The notes below the pieces were generated by a model. It saw only the letters and a list, made by a program, of their open reading frames with translations, was not told the origin of the DNA and did no database searches. Made by a program: the position numbers and the translations under genes. Below, piece after piece: positions 8,552 to 22,300 of a DNA stretch of 38,275 nt. Source of the stretch: Catajapyx aquilonaris (lineage: Eukaryota); NCBI GenBank assembly GCA_000934665.2, contig KZ538208.1, positions 62,001 to 100,275 on the forward strand. Reading direction: 5' to 3'. How positions within the stretch are numbered: position 1 is the first letter of the stretch; every line of letters begins with the position of its first letter.

Positions 8552-11364
8552 ATGTCGGGGGACATGCAGCACTGCAATGGGGTCTCCAACGGGCATATCA
8601 AGACGCACCGTACCGTTGTAGTGGGAGACCAGCAGCAGGCCTTTTTCATCAGCTCGTACAAGCGACTCTGCACGTTCTCCATATCGTTGCCACTGACTGG
8701 CCTCTTCGTTTGCTTCACCACCGCATGTGCCTTCCAGAATGAACAGATTATGGAGACGTCATGTCGGGTTAGTATGCTCCAATGAAACATGTCGACATAA
8801 GAGACGATGAAAGGAAATTAACCGCAAATACGAGCTGTACCAACATAAAACAAAGCAGCATGTACAACCCATAAAAATAACAATATCAGATTTGGGTAGG
8901 TTATTACCGTATTTGGCAGGACATAAGACCAGAAAAAAAGCTAGTGTATTTTCGCATAATTATAAGACTCCAGGCGATTTTTTGTCATTTTTTGGGGGGG
9001 AAAGTGCGTCTTATATGCCATCAAATGCAGTATTATGTGGTAGAAAAAGGATGGTTGCATGATGATAAGGGTCATTTACATGCGGGTATTGTTATTTTTA
9101 TGGTGCATGCCAAAGAGCTTATGGTGCATGCTGTCAACTGCTTTGTGCATGCTGCGTTGTTTCACGTCAGTAGCTTAGGTCTGTGACCTATCAGTACAGG
9201 ACGGACACAAAAAACAACAGCCTTCATCAATGATAAGCACTAAGAGGATTTCTTCATCGTAGTATATAACCGTGGGGTTACTACAGGCACTAGAAGTATA
9301 GGTAAAAAAGTCACGGGATGTGTTTTTAGAGACGTAGAATGTGCAAGCACGTTTTTTTTTTGCCTTAAAGTCTGATAGTAAGAGTACACATGCCTGATTA
9401 GATACTATAAGATGCTGTAACAGTAGTTTAATCTCTGAATTTATTGCAGGTGTACAACTTAATCCCGTCAATCAGCGCTATTATAGGAATTGCGCCGCAA
9501 TGTTACTTCTGGCGTTTGCTGGTTGCGTTTCACCTTGGCCCTCGCTTACTCCTGCCGCCAGTATACTATCGTTTCTACAAGTCTCATGAACGCAATGTTC
9601 CTGCGGAGAGGAAGTCTGCATATGCTGTCATGAACCTGGCATGCTACTGGACCAGTCTCATTGAAATAGTCGCATTCACTGGAGTGTCATACATATCAAA
9701 CCGTGATAACTATCGTGAGTATACTGTTCAAACAGAGTATTTACATTAGTTGGACTTTATCGAGTAATTGAAGGCATTATCTTGGATGATAGTATGAATC
9801 AGATGACGAGGCGGAACCTTCTTGAACTTGAGAAAGACTCCAAGCGAAAACTCTTGCGTTAAATTTGTATAGATCCTCAGAGTGAGAAAAAACATAATTT
9901 GTTATTTGTACGTAAGAAAGCGAAAGGTAGACCCTTTTCAGGGTTGCAATGACACATGAAGGGCACTTGAAAAATTTGCACCAACTGGTGTGACCCCTAT
10001 ATCCTGGCACTTGCTTACATGACTTGGTTGAGTCAAATGCTAAAGGAAATTTATACGGTTCCCTTGTGGTATGGGAACAAGTAATGAAGCAACTAGCACA
10101 GGCAGCATTCAAGGCTTTGACCTTGGCTGGTAGTAGTAGCCGAGAAAATATTGTATTTTCTCCCCCATTTGTGCAAATTCATAACTGATTAAGTGGAACA
10201 CTGCACTGCCATTGTGCATATTTCACTAGTTGGTTTGCCTCATTTTGTGATTTCAATAATGATAGCATCAAAATTGTGCAATCAAGCGGAATGATTTATG
10301 TCACTACCATCTACAGTTGTGCAGCATTGCGTCAACTCAGTTCAGGAAGTGTAAAATGATTTATAGATTGCACATTTTCCCAGCACATGGGAAGTCGCAG
10401 CAAATGGGTTTGCAGCGTGGAAAGATTTCAATGTGCAATTTGTGGTCAGATATGTTATTCTTGGATATTTTGTGATTGAGGCAGTTGTGTACGTTCAACC
10501 TCTTCGTGGCAGATTTCACTTGATGTGCTGTATATTTAAGAAACATTAATTTGACAATTGTCGTCACCTTTTGCACATCAAGGGCTGATAGAGTTATTTA
10601 ACATGACAATCTGGTTACCGTGTTCTGCTGATATTTTAATTGTTTATGCATTGTAGCAAACTGTATGATGAAGTGAACTAGGTCAGGAGTTCTAGCAAGT
10701 TGACTAGACCAGTGATGCCTCCGATCTAATGTGAGTATGCAGTGATGGACTTCACAGTCTTGACATACTCGACCGTACACGTAGTGGAGGAGAAGAAAAA
10801 TGACTGGTTTTACATTGAATTTGTTGAAGCTTCTGACTCAGCCCATATTCGTTACGTCCAGTGCAGTTACTTTTTGTTTGGATTGTGAAAAGTAATGCTA
10901 AATTACTTTTCAGCCATTCATGAGAAGATGTTCATTACTTACCTGACTTCATCCCTCCTGTACATGATGATATCAATGTACGTCTTTTCACTGGCCAAGC
11001 CCATCAGAAGCAGGCGTGAAGAGCTATCATTCAGGATTAAGAAGTGGTGCTTAACAATCGTCCTTCTTGGAGTTGGAGTTATGATATACTTTTACAGGCT
11101 GCACCGGGTATATTGTACAACATTTGGTGAGGATAATCATTTCGGATTGTTAAATTGTGATCATGACTGTCACATCTAACATCTACGTATCATTTTTCAG
11201 CTTTCAGCTGGTTTGCCTTGTCAGAATATGTGGTGGCCGTAGCCAACATGGGCTTCCATTACACCCTTGCTCTTGACTTTCCGCAAGAAAAGGTGTCCGT
11301 CGGCAACATCTTCCAGGCTTACGAGAACAACCACGTTTCTAAATTGAACAGACATGAAGACTGA
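8552..11364 (+). CDS. PGAP2: Post-GPI attachment to proteins factor 2-like (Frag1/DRAM/Sfk1 family), 285 aa
   Basis: Exons 8552-8767, 9450-9714, 10914-11126 and 11201-11364 join in frame at canonical GT-AG sites. Family-type motifs: CRVYNLIPSISA, PQCYFWR..HLGPR, ISNRDNYPIHEKMF, RLHRVYC, FALSEY..NMGFH. A probable 5'UTR intron is 8338-8522 (GTAAGT...atttcAG). Confidence 0.88.
8907..9030. mobile_element. Degenerate pogo/Tigger-like (Tc1-mariner superfamily) MITE in PGAP2 intron 1
   Basis: Flanked by TA (8905-8906 and 9031-9032). The left end CCGTATTTGGCAGGACATAAGAC imperfectly matches the reverse complement of the right end, CTGCATTTGATGGCATATAAGAC. This resembles the CCGTATTT...TATAAGACGCAC termini of pogo-type MITEs. 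Confidence 0.5.
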
Positions 11365-13699
11365 CCCATTTCTCAGGGTGATATTTTGTATGCCAGTTAA
11401 GTTTTATGAGGTGTCTTTTAAATGGCTTTTCTTAGGAAGAGGGGTCTAGTCAGCACAGCACTGTGAGTTGGAAGTGCAAATGATTTCTGAATGGAGGAGG
11501 GGAAAAAATGATCATGAAAGGTGCATTTACAGTATGTAAGGGTACCTACTACCTGGTTGAGATGCGTTTACACTACAAGCTGGTTCATCTTTGTGCAATT
11601 CTGACAATGTCTTGAACAATTTGAAGACTACATAGAGATGGTGCAGGCAGTGGCCCTGTAATGGCCGTAAACAGTGTGTACTGACCTTCTGGGAGGAGCT
11701 CATTGCCCTGGCACTCGCGAGAAGGATACGACTAAAAGGCCATCTCAAAGTGTTTCATTTTAGAATTGAGACGACCTCATAGTGTAAATGCACCTTAAGG
11801 TTAGACTTTTAGTTTTGGTTGGCACGCTTTCAAAATAGTTGCTCAAGTGGCAGATCCAACCCAACACACTGAATGTGGTCCGGTATATTAAAACAGTGCC
11901 TTTTACACAGCCAGGGATTTGAGAATATATGTCGTTGAAAAATGTTTGTCCGCAGTTGTTTCACACGGAGCTGCTTACTTGTGCTTACCTACCAGTAATT
12001 TTATGCCATAACGTGATAAACAATTTTTTTGTATATTTTTATATTCCGAATGTGGAAAATTTGTACGACTCGTTAAAAAAGAAAATTGATGTCTGTTTCC
12101 TAACCCACCTGAAATGTGATCATGGTATGGAATAAATTGCTCATTGGAAATAATGATACGGTATATGTTTTCTCTCTAACAGGCGGACCTCGTTTGTCAC
12201 ATGAATCTGCCAGTTCAATTGGCTTCGTTCTCGAGTTGTCACTTGAGAAATTGAGGTCAAGTTTCCATTTGTTAACAAATGTTATGACGAGCCAAGTATA
12301 TGCCCGGATCATTCAAAAAGACTCTAGACGATTGAATTTTGCTTGGAAGCAATAATTTTGAGCAATTGCAGTATTCCCCCTGGCAGTATGTGAAACTGTA
12401 GATATAATACCAAACCTTACAATTATACAGTAATATATATTTTTAACAGCTAAATTTCATACCATACCGGTACATTTGTACATATGGTACAGCTTAATTT
12501 TAACATACACTGACATCGATAAAAAATTACTTGAGTACCATAATCATAAGTTATAACAATGAAGCGATATAACTTTAATAAAAAATTTAGTTTACATACA
12601 TTTTTTTCAAATTAGAAGGTGTGGGAATACTGTAGCACTGTGTTATTTTGCCAGCTCCTAGTTAAGTGAACTGACCTGCCATAATAAGCAACATATCTGC
12701 ACGCCACAATGTGTGCGCGCAATTACCACTTAAAAATATGCAAATCCGCAATTATTATTAGTTTTTTATACCAGGAACAGGGAAAAATTCACAGGCATGC
12801 AACCGTATATTACCATCCAATTAGCACGTAAACATTAGTTCATCCCACCGTTCATAGATGGCGCAGGCAACTCTATAAACACCTCTCCCAACAAATTTTC
12901 AAACGAAAAAAATAAATAATTGACAACAACATAATCCTTTTTAATTACATGTGTTGCTGATGGTGCAATCAGATTACGATAATCATCCCCACCGATAATT
13001 TTCTTCTTTCCAGGGTTGTTGAGCCTGCCAGCAACAACAGCCAAGTTTTCCCCCACTCCTCCCCTTTAAAAATAGGATCCAGCTCCCAAAACAGGAATAA
13101 ATCTGGCCAGGATATCGCTCTATTTAAAAATGGCTCTTCCCACCCCCCCATACAGGTTTCCTCCTTATTTTTTTCCCCCCACTCCAACACGAGTACAGAA
13201 AAAAAATGACGTAGTAAAGTCCCCTCAAAAAGTGTGGGCGGTTTATTTATTTATAAAAGAATGGGTCAGTGATAGCGGTAGTAAAAGTATGGAAGGGGTT
13301 TTTGTCATGTTGAGGGGTTGGTGTGGCTGTGAGGGGGAAGCAAAAGTGACGTGGTTTATGTTGGTATCACTTGTGCGCAGGTGTGCGATTGGTTTGGATC
13401 CCGTCAAGGCGGGAGCGGTGTTGCCAAAAATGTACGCAACGGTCAAGCGCCGCAACTGGTGGCTGAACCATCGTTGCTTATTATAGCAGCGACCTCATAG
13501 GCTACAAAGTCATATCACAGCCGTACGATCAAAGGAGGCTAACAGTAGCGTTGGAACTACATTAGTTTGCGTCCCACCAAAAATGAATGTAGGCATTGGG
13601 CGGCCATCAGCACAGTTAGCGTAACTTGCACTGTGGTAGCCGCTATGCTATGTACAACCACAGTGAGATATGGCAACGTTGGAAGCCAGAAAGGAGTTT

Positions 13700-13952
13700 G
13701 GGGGGGCGGGGTTTTGTGAACGTGACCGTAGGGGGGATGGGGGGGGTAGGGGAGGCAGCTTTTTTTCGAAGTGACGTCAGAGCCTGCGTGGATTGTGATG
13801 CGCAGTGGACCCTTGCGTTGTCTGGATTCTTTGTGCCATTCTTGGCATACCAAAGGCGGACTTACTCTTCATATTTACGGACCAAATACCGTCCTAATTT
13901 TCATCAAAACTACCACCAAAACTACGCCCACTCTACTTTTTTCCGCATCACG
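13700..13952 (+). promoter_or_regulatory. Putative promoter and non-coding first exon of a large downstream gene
   Basis: G-rich tract at 13700-13753, perfect CRE palindrome TGACGTCA at 13772-13779, then a C/A-rich UTR-like stretch ending in a consensus donor CG|GTGAGT (intron starts at 13953). No recognisable CDS follows inside the window. Confidence 0.4.
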
Positions 13953-15823
13953 GTGAGTACCCCATATTTGGGTCATCCCTGTGGTACCCGGGGCGGCCCC
14001 GGGGCCATCCTATTTTTTTTTTTTTTGGAAGTGACTGTGAGTGCGGTTTTTTTTTTCGGTGGGTGTTCCAGACAGTGGGGTACATACCTGCAATACTTTA
14101 CATACTTTTTTTCTTTTTAAAGATGGGAGGGGGTACACAGGGCCTTAAAACCCGTGTGTAGGCGACCAACAGGTTTCCGCCCGGTTTTCCGGCCGTTTTC
14201 GACCCCCTCCTCTCCTCCGCCTACCCCCTCCTCCAGTCTGCTGCCACCTACGTTTTACTACGGTTCGATGCTGAAGCCACGCTGGCTCCGGAAAATCCGG
14301 AGGGTTTGCGGGGAAGCATTTCATGAATGGTGTGTGTAGTGCAAAAGCGGGAAAACGAGGGGCTGACCCTTTTACTAGTGATGTGTTTAATTATTTGGTT
14401 TGAGAGAGAGAGTGTGTGACAATGACCGCAAAATTTAATCCGGGAGAGTAATTTATAATATTATATAGCGATTGGATGGGGTTTAATATTTTATATGGGC
14501 GGTTTGTTGATTTGTTAGTGTGGTGATATTTGGTGGGGGGGGGGGGGGGNAATTTTGCCACGTGCGATTTATTGTTGGTTTGATGGTTTATACGGGTGGA
14601 GTAAACATAGAGCGAATTAGTTACATTTTGATTAATATATTATTGAAAAAAAAATATTCGGTGCAATGCTGTGGCCGTAATTATGCAACCGGTGTTCGCA
14701 AATACGGGCGAAATGAGCGCCTGATTGTTCCTGATATTTTAACGGAATGATTTGTTGTAAAATTTTAAAATTGCTGTGCAGTTGTTATACAGATTTTGGA
14801 TAATATTTGGGATAATTTGTGCGCTGCTAAATTTTTTGAAAATGAATTTATCCGGACAATTTTAAGAATCCCGCCAAAAATATACGGTTGCGGTGCAATC
14901 ATATTTACTGCCAGTTAATAGTTTTGCTGCAGTTTAGCCGGATAACCACTGGCCACATTATTTAATTGCATATTTATGTTGTTTATATAGTGAATCATTT
15001 GTGCAGACAATTTACGGTCAGTTTATTAAAAACATTTCGGGCCGCACATCCACACGGTAACTCCCCGTTAGTCCAGCACGTAACCGGAAATAAACAGCTC
15101 CTCAACCTTGAACTGACTTTACCCCATACTCATGACATATGTAAAATAATATTGGCAGCACGCACTATCTGGCCTGCGAAATGCGCATGTTGAATGTGGG
15201 CGCCATATTTTTACGGCCCAGAGCGCCATTGTTTTTTTGAACTTGAGCATTGTTCTTGTTATCTGGCTGACAAAGATGGTGGGGGGTTGGTGTGGGTGGT
15301 TTTTTTTTGTGCATACAGCTGCACCATGAAAATACAGTAGAATGGGGGTTAAGTACGACACACAAAAGTGAGCATCATAGAGGAGGTAGTGTTGTGGTCG
15401 GATTATATTTAGCAAAGAGACGAGGGGTTCTATTTTTGGATAGACGTACAGCAAGCCCCCCTATAATATCCTCTCTCGCCTTGCAGGATTTTTCGGCAAG
15501 GGGGTTTTAAAAACCCAGGGTGCAGTGGACTTTTGCTTTAAAGAAGTTTTACGCTGTAATTAAATCTTCCTATCAATTAAGCCAGCGCTTAATACGTAAC
15601 AGGCCCCCGCGATCAATTAACACGTATTGGACCCACTCAAAAGCAAAGAACTTTTCCTCCCAAAGTTTTAGATCCGCACCTGGAAAATACTAAAATCCCC
15701 GGGATATCTACCAAGTAATAATTTTGCAATTTACCAGCCAAGAAACCGAACCCGTTCTGGAACCATCCCACAATTTACCAAGCCCAGATTTCAGTTCGTG
15801 CCTACTTATTAATTATTTACTGT

Positions 15824-16305
15824 AGCTATTAATTTCATTAGCCGTTATTTTAGTTACTAATTTATTAGTAAATTTTACTTGTTATTGATTGTAGACTATT
15901 AGTTATCTAGCTATTTTATGAGCTATTAATTTTATTAGCTGATGCTTTAGTTATTAATTTTATTAGTTAATTTTGCTAACTATTATTGATTGCAGACTCT
16001 TAGTTATATAGCTATTTTAAGAGCTATTAATTTTATTAGCGGCTATTTTAGTTATTTTATCAGTTAATTTTACTAGTTATTTTGATTAATTATTATCTGA
16101 TTGTAAATTATTAGTTATGTAGCTTTTTATGAGAGCGCTATTAATTTATTAACTACAATTATTTAAGTTAATTTTATTGGATTTTATTAATTAATTTTAC
16201 TGATTATTTTTACTAATTTTACTAGTTATTTTCAGGAGTTACTTTATTAGTTATTTGATTGTATGAATTATTTAGTTTTTATTAGAACAGTTATTAGTTA
16301 TTAAT
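15824..16305. repeat. AT-rich degenerate tandem repeat, unit about 100 bp
   Basis: (A)GCTATTAATTT..ATTA unit starts at 15824, 15921, 16022 and about 16136. The first three units contain GATTG(T/C)A(G/A)A(C/T)T.TTAGTTAT.TAGCT. The array then decays into low-complexity TTA sequence. Confidence 0.8.
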
Positions 16306-19300
16306 TAATGATCGGTTCTCCCACAATCGTGCACCATCCTGCATGTTTTGGACCGAACTGGAGGACTCTTAAGTTTGTACGAGGGGCATGGAAAAATGTG
16401 GAAAATTCCAGGGGTGAAAAGTGGATCCGGACAGTTAGTCCCGGTATTAATTGGACGCGTCCTCCGCCTCCCATGTGTGTGTGTATGTATAAAAATCCAG
16501 GGTTGTGTTTTTTTACCTTTTCCTTCCCACGCCCCATGTCCCCCTCCGTATCTTTCCAGCAGGTATGAACACGGAGACCGGACATGAGAGAACGCGAAAC
16601 ATTCTGACAACACGTTCCTCTCATTTCTTGCATTCACTCAACCGGTTTCGGTGTGCCGGTCACGTCGTCTAAACAAAGCAAGTCCACCCCCACCAGTAGG
16701 AGCCACCCCTCTTAAGTCTCTCTTTTTTTTGTCTTCCCCCNCCCCCCCCCCCCACACACACAAAAAAAGTATATAAGAAAAGAAAAAGGATAGGTAGGTC
16801 TTACGTGACTTTTCAAGCGGCAGTTTTCTTGGAAGATTCCAACATTGTCGGGGTTAATGAGAAATTAATGATGGTGCTCATGCATGCGAATTAAGTCCAG
16901 GGTGGGGTAGGAAATGGGTGGGGATCAATTTTTTTTGGTTAGACTTGACCCCCTGAAGATATAAGGTCATGGGCTACTACTTAGGCGGGGTTGCAGTTAT
17001 TTAGCAAAACTGGTCTGGTAAACAGGGTGCAGACGTAGGGCAAGGTTAATGAATCCGAGTTGTAAAAGAATACTAAATTTCAATTTGGCGAAGAAGAAAA
17101 AAATTTGTATATCTAGTAGGACAATACCTACCAGGGCGATTTTAGGTTGAGGTAAGCTCGAAGAAAGTATATAAAGGAAAGAGAAAGGAGGAGCCACACA
17201 CAAAAAAAGGGTCGTCAAGTTTGGTCACGTCTTCTTCTTGACCCCAGGGGAGCCAGTTTGGAGGTCACTTGGCTCATCCCACACTCTTGACAAAACTAGC
17301 AGGTTTGCCGCTTCTTAGATTTTTTGGGCACGCCGTTATTTTTAGTGGCGCCATTTCGAAAAAAAAGGCAACATCTGTTCATATGGGTAACGTACAGGGT
17401 GCAGGTGATTTGGTAAAATAGCCGTTAAAAGATGTGGAAGCGAGGGGAATATATGAAGCGATTGAACAGGTTTGTTGTCATTCATGGCCTGATAAGGAGT
17501 GATGGATGTCGGCAGTGTCTCATTGTTTGGGGAATAGACAAAATGCTTTTTTGCATTTTGTGTGAGGGAGGAGATGCTGAAAGATCGGGATTTTTTGGGG
17601 GGTGTAAATCTCTGGAGGAAGCCAGGTAAAATGGGCAATGGTTGGAGGGACGTTGATTTTTATGCGCATTGAAAGAGCCCACTTGCAGGAGACCTGGTGA
17701 ATTTTGATGGAAGCTCTTGGGGAAAGGTGGGCAACGACAATGGGGACGTCAACAGCCACAATAATTGATCGAAATGTACGTAGGAAACACCTTTGAAAAC
17801 GGGAGTGCAAGTGCTACACTAGTTACATAAAGTTATGCAAATTTGCAGCTGTCCTGTTTTTATTGCCCAAACATGTTTAACCATCACAGCAGAAGTAACA
17901 ATTACATAATGACAACAAACATGCCGCTGACATATTATTGTTACATATGACAGCTGGCATATATCTTATTGCTACCGGGTGAGTTATACATTACATCCCA
18001 TTTGCGGCTTGGAATAAGCCCGACACTATGATAATAATTCCATCTCGGGGAAATTATACAGTACATGGATCTGCAAGGAAGCAACAGCCCCAGGGACACC
18101 TATACAACCCTCCTACTTTGCGACTCTTCCCCTGTTTTTGGGTAGGCCCTTTTCTGCTTTTGCCGACGCAGCCACACAGAGACACAGAAATGCCTTTTGG
18201 CGGATGCCTTGCTACAGTACGGTGCATTCATAGAAATCCAATAGAAGCAAGGGAGGCGGAAAGAGGTGGCCCCCCGTACCTACAGGGATATCTGCAGCAT
18301 CCCAACTTCCAGAGAAAGATGATAAGGACAACATAATCTGAGCCCTTTTCGCACCATCCTCATGGCGATTTTTTTTTCTTCGATTTTCCCCAACCCGGAT
18401 CGACATTTCCGGAAGTTTATGCAAGGGGCGTCGCTATTTCTGCAGAATATTGGCTCCGGAAGGGACGTGCGGACTTGCACGGTGCAAAAATGATGACAAC
18501 CGACCATTGGACCAAGCCTCGTGCGAAGGTCTCTAGTTCACCTTGAGGACTCCTTAAGAAAATACACGTGCGGTCAAGCCTGAAAATACAATGCTGATAT
18601 AATTGGTTTTAAATGTTCAGAAACGATGCAACAAGTGAATTTTGCAATAAGGGGAGCGAAATCCGCACACAAGGGAAAGTTTGCAATATTCATCGGGTGG
18701 TCAGTTACATACTTGGCATGTAGTAAATAACAAGGCCAGTGGACCCTTGCTCCTGAATGAAATTCGAGCCATGCGCTGATGTGGTACATTGTGATCTGTA
18801 CATATCAAGGCAAACAGGAGCGTGAAGATTGCAATCTGCCAGGTTTGCAATTTTTATAGTGGCACAGTGCAAGTACAACAACCCTACAATTTGAGTTTCA
18901 AAAATTTTGATGCGTTGTTATCTCCCAACTGGTGATAAAACTAGTGGAAGTCGACACCTCTGGCCATTAAAAAATATGAAATACAAAACTGGGAGAGGGA
19001 GAAAGTGCAGAGCGGACAAACAGACCAAGAGAAAGGAAAGTGTTGCCTTGTGGAGAGGAGGCCATGGACCGATTATCATGCGCGAGTTGGACCGAAAACC
19101 CAAACAAACTGTCAGCCTCGAAAAAAACCCTTTGTGTGGCCAACGGTGAGAGACAGACTGAGCAGGGGAAAATGGAATTGCAACTTTTTTCATGTTTTTT
19201 GGGGGGGACATATTGGGAGTGGAGAGGACTGCACTCAAGCTTATTGACGACCTAATATTGCAAATGATGGACCCAACCCTTGGGTATAGAAGCGTGTCCG

Positions 19301-22300
19301 ACCCAACAGTGTGGACACAGTTTTGGCAAAAAAAAAGAAGGTGTATATGGCAATGGGATAATCACCGGTGGGTGTAAACTGAGCGGAAAATAATTTATCG
19401 CCTTGGGAGGCCTGGCCTACATTGTAAATATGTCCCGCGAGATTTTTTATTACGAGCCCGTGTTTTGTTACGTGCACGAAAGACGTGCAGATTAGTGATC
19501 GAACCAATTATCTTGCCAACAAAAAATATATAAAAGGGGTTCAAGTTCAGCCACGAGCAAAATTTTACCCGAAAATACATCCCGGAACAATGATCCACTT
19601 TCACCTACACTTTTACTCCCGTTTACCGTGATTTTATAGGCAATACCGACCTACGATATATCGATATATCGAGCGATATTGGCAAATTTCGATAATCTGT
19701 GTGATATTGACGATATTGGCGATATGTTCATAATATATTGAATATGATATTGACGATATTATGAACAATTTATTGACATTATTTCGTCCCGTGAATAATT
19801 TTTGTGTGCACGAAATATTTGCGAATATTAACCCCTTGAAAAGCTAACCATATACAGCAGATCAAGCTAGAGGCGGAAAAAAACCGGGGCGCTAATTTTT
19901 CATTAATGAACCGCAACGAGCGTTAATTGCCATTCTGAACCCCCCACCTTTGCTAGAGCATGTTTACAGGGCGAACGATCGAATTAATAACAATGGGATA
20001 TTTTCGCGTCGAGTGCGAAGAATTCCATGGTGTAGTTTTAATTGACACTGCATTTTAATTAAATATTTGCAACCCCTCCCGGTGCTAAATGTAGGGAGGG
20101 GGCTTTTGGGTTCTCTGCATGTTGCGAGCGGGGGGTTTTTTTTGAGGGGGGGGGGGGGGGTTNGAACCGCGTTTTTGTTCAGTATGGGGTCTGGAATTTG
20201 TGTGACATAATGGGAATTAACCGGACGGAGTTATGGGGCAAGTACGCCGAAATTTTTCTGATTTGTATACACAGATCCAGGTTCTAGGAAAAGTGCGTTT
20301 TTGACCACTTCCGTTTGCATGCACCTTTTTTTTTTTTTTTGGAGGGGGAAAGCATTTCATGGAAATTGCACCTATTGGAGTCATTTGACAGAAGCTCCGG
20401 AAAACGAGAGAAATTATCTCCGGGCTATGCGCTGCTGAAATTAATGAAGTTACTCTGTTGCTCCTTCTAAGGGGGGGTTTGTAAAAGATCGATCTATCGA
20501 TTTCTAAGGGCTCTTCAGAAAATAGGATGTTAGAAGGGGGGGTGAGTCGGAGGGAATTTCGTGCAACTTCCCGCCCTTTTTTTATTTTTATTTTTATAAA
20601 CCCGCTAGGAGGTAAGCGAAACGGCAAAATTAGCTGGTGACTAATCGTTTCTCCCCATGATGACACTTCTTAGTATTTAATGCTACCAATAGGTACGCTT
20701 CTAGGAACAATTTGGGTGTATTTTCGATGCCAATTTGGATTCAGGCCATTTTTTATAGTACACCTGGTACTTATGTGCGTGTAAAGTGCGTACTGAGTCA
20801 TACCGTTGTTCGTTGTAACTGGATGCCGTTCGGCTCGATGCCAGTTGGCACCATACAGAGTGTAGGGTTTAGTGCGAAAGAAGGTGAGATATCAAGGCAG
20901 GATGTGCAGGCTTACGCAATAGACCCCAATTGTCTAATAGCTTCAAAAGGTCAAAGGACCTCTATTTTTTTTTTCGGCGGGGGCATCAGGACGTGGACTA
21001 TTACTGAAGGAAGAGGGCAGTGGCCCGGCACACTCGGTTGGGCCTTGTAAGTGCCGTATTGGCAACCTCGAGGAGTATAAAAAGAGGAGGGCCACACCTT
21101 TGGTTTTCAATCAGGGAGTCAGGTTTGGTTCGGGTCTTGGCCGCATGGTGGCCAGATATTCGCACCTGGCGTCACTTCCGGTTGGGTGGTAGGTGTCGTG
21201 ATGTGTTACTCGACGGAGCACTTGTCTTCCGGAATAATTCCCGTATTTACAGAGCCAATCAGTAGTTTTGGTAGACCATGCCCTGCCCTAAACCTCTCTC
21301 TTCATAATAAAATAATGTGGGAGCCGCAGAGTGGATTTTAAGGGATATCGAGCAGTAAGTGGTGCTAAGCTGGGCGGACTGTATTTTAATTAGTGATGAT
21401 TATAGTAATAATTCCTGGGGTTAAGCGTGCTTAGGTTGCATAAATTGAGCTTGCCGGATAATGTGTAGGCTCGTTTGGTGCAGTTGACGTATCTAGCCAA
21501 GTTGGGGCTGGGAGCCCTAGCAAAATATTCTGCATAATTGCACAATTGAAAATAAATAAAACTGTTCTCAACCTAGCCACATTTACCAAACTGACCGATG
21601 ATGGCAGCATCATCGCACTTTTACAGGGTTGCCATTCTTGAAATTCAAGTACAAAGAACTGGAGGAACCACTGCTCTCACGGCCGTTTTTCGCACTTGTT
21701 GCAGGGGTAGGCTGGGGGCCTGGAGGATTCTCACACTTTGCAAAATGCGGAGCTTCTGACCCAAAAGGTCTTTGTGGTTGCTTACCTCCACATGCGTGCC
21801 TCCTGAACCATTACGAGTTTACGAGGGATGGCCACATTAGTTACTGTGGGAAAAAAGGGAACCGGAGTGAGTAGCTGGAACAAAAGCCACCAGACCTCTT
21901 GGCACCTTGCGGGCCCCCAAAAAGAAGAGCAAAAACCATCCTGGTCAAGCAGGTTTGGCCTCGGACTCCCCCGCCTTCTTTCTAACCCCCCTCTGGTGTA
22001 GTAGTAAGAAGAAGAAGAAGAAAAAAAGGAGTTATTCAGCTTTAGAACCGGCTTTGGGGACTGATGGATCCGGAGGAAGATCCTGAGGGAGCCAGGAGAC
22101 TGAATACGGGCAGAGATGCCTCTTTGTTCCGGGCACGTTCCTGCGATGGAGGAGGCAGAATGGGACGGACCTCGCGGGGAATTGAGGGTTTTCTGTCTTT
22201 CAAAGATCCTCATAAGCGGCAGATCTGGCCCTGTAAGGAGTGGCTGGCAGGGAGGGACCCATTTTGTCCCTCTTTGTCCCCGAGAGAAATTAATACCGAC

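Noticed and set aside
9750..9862. In-frame alternative terminal exon for PGAP2 (LGLYRVIEGIILDDSMNQMTRRNLLELEKDSKRKLLR*)
   Set aside because: It would need a 35-nt intron, well below the 60-nt minimum seen here, and would delete conserved membrane segments.
13513..13522. TATCACAGCC match to the miR-2/miR-13 5' end
   Set aside because: No complementary arm nearby, and the 3' portion does not match the family.
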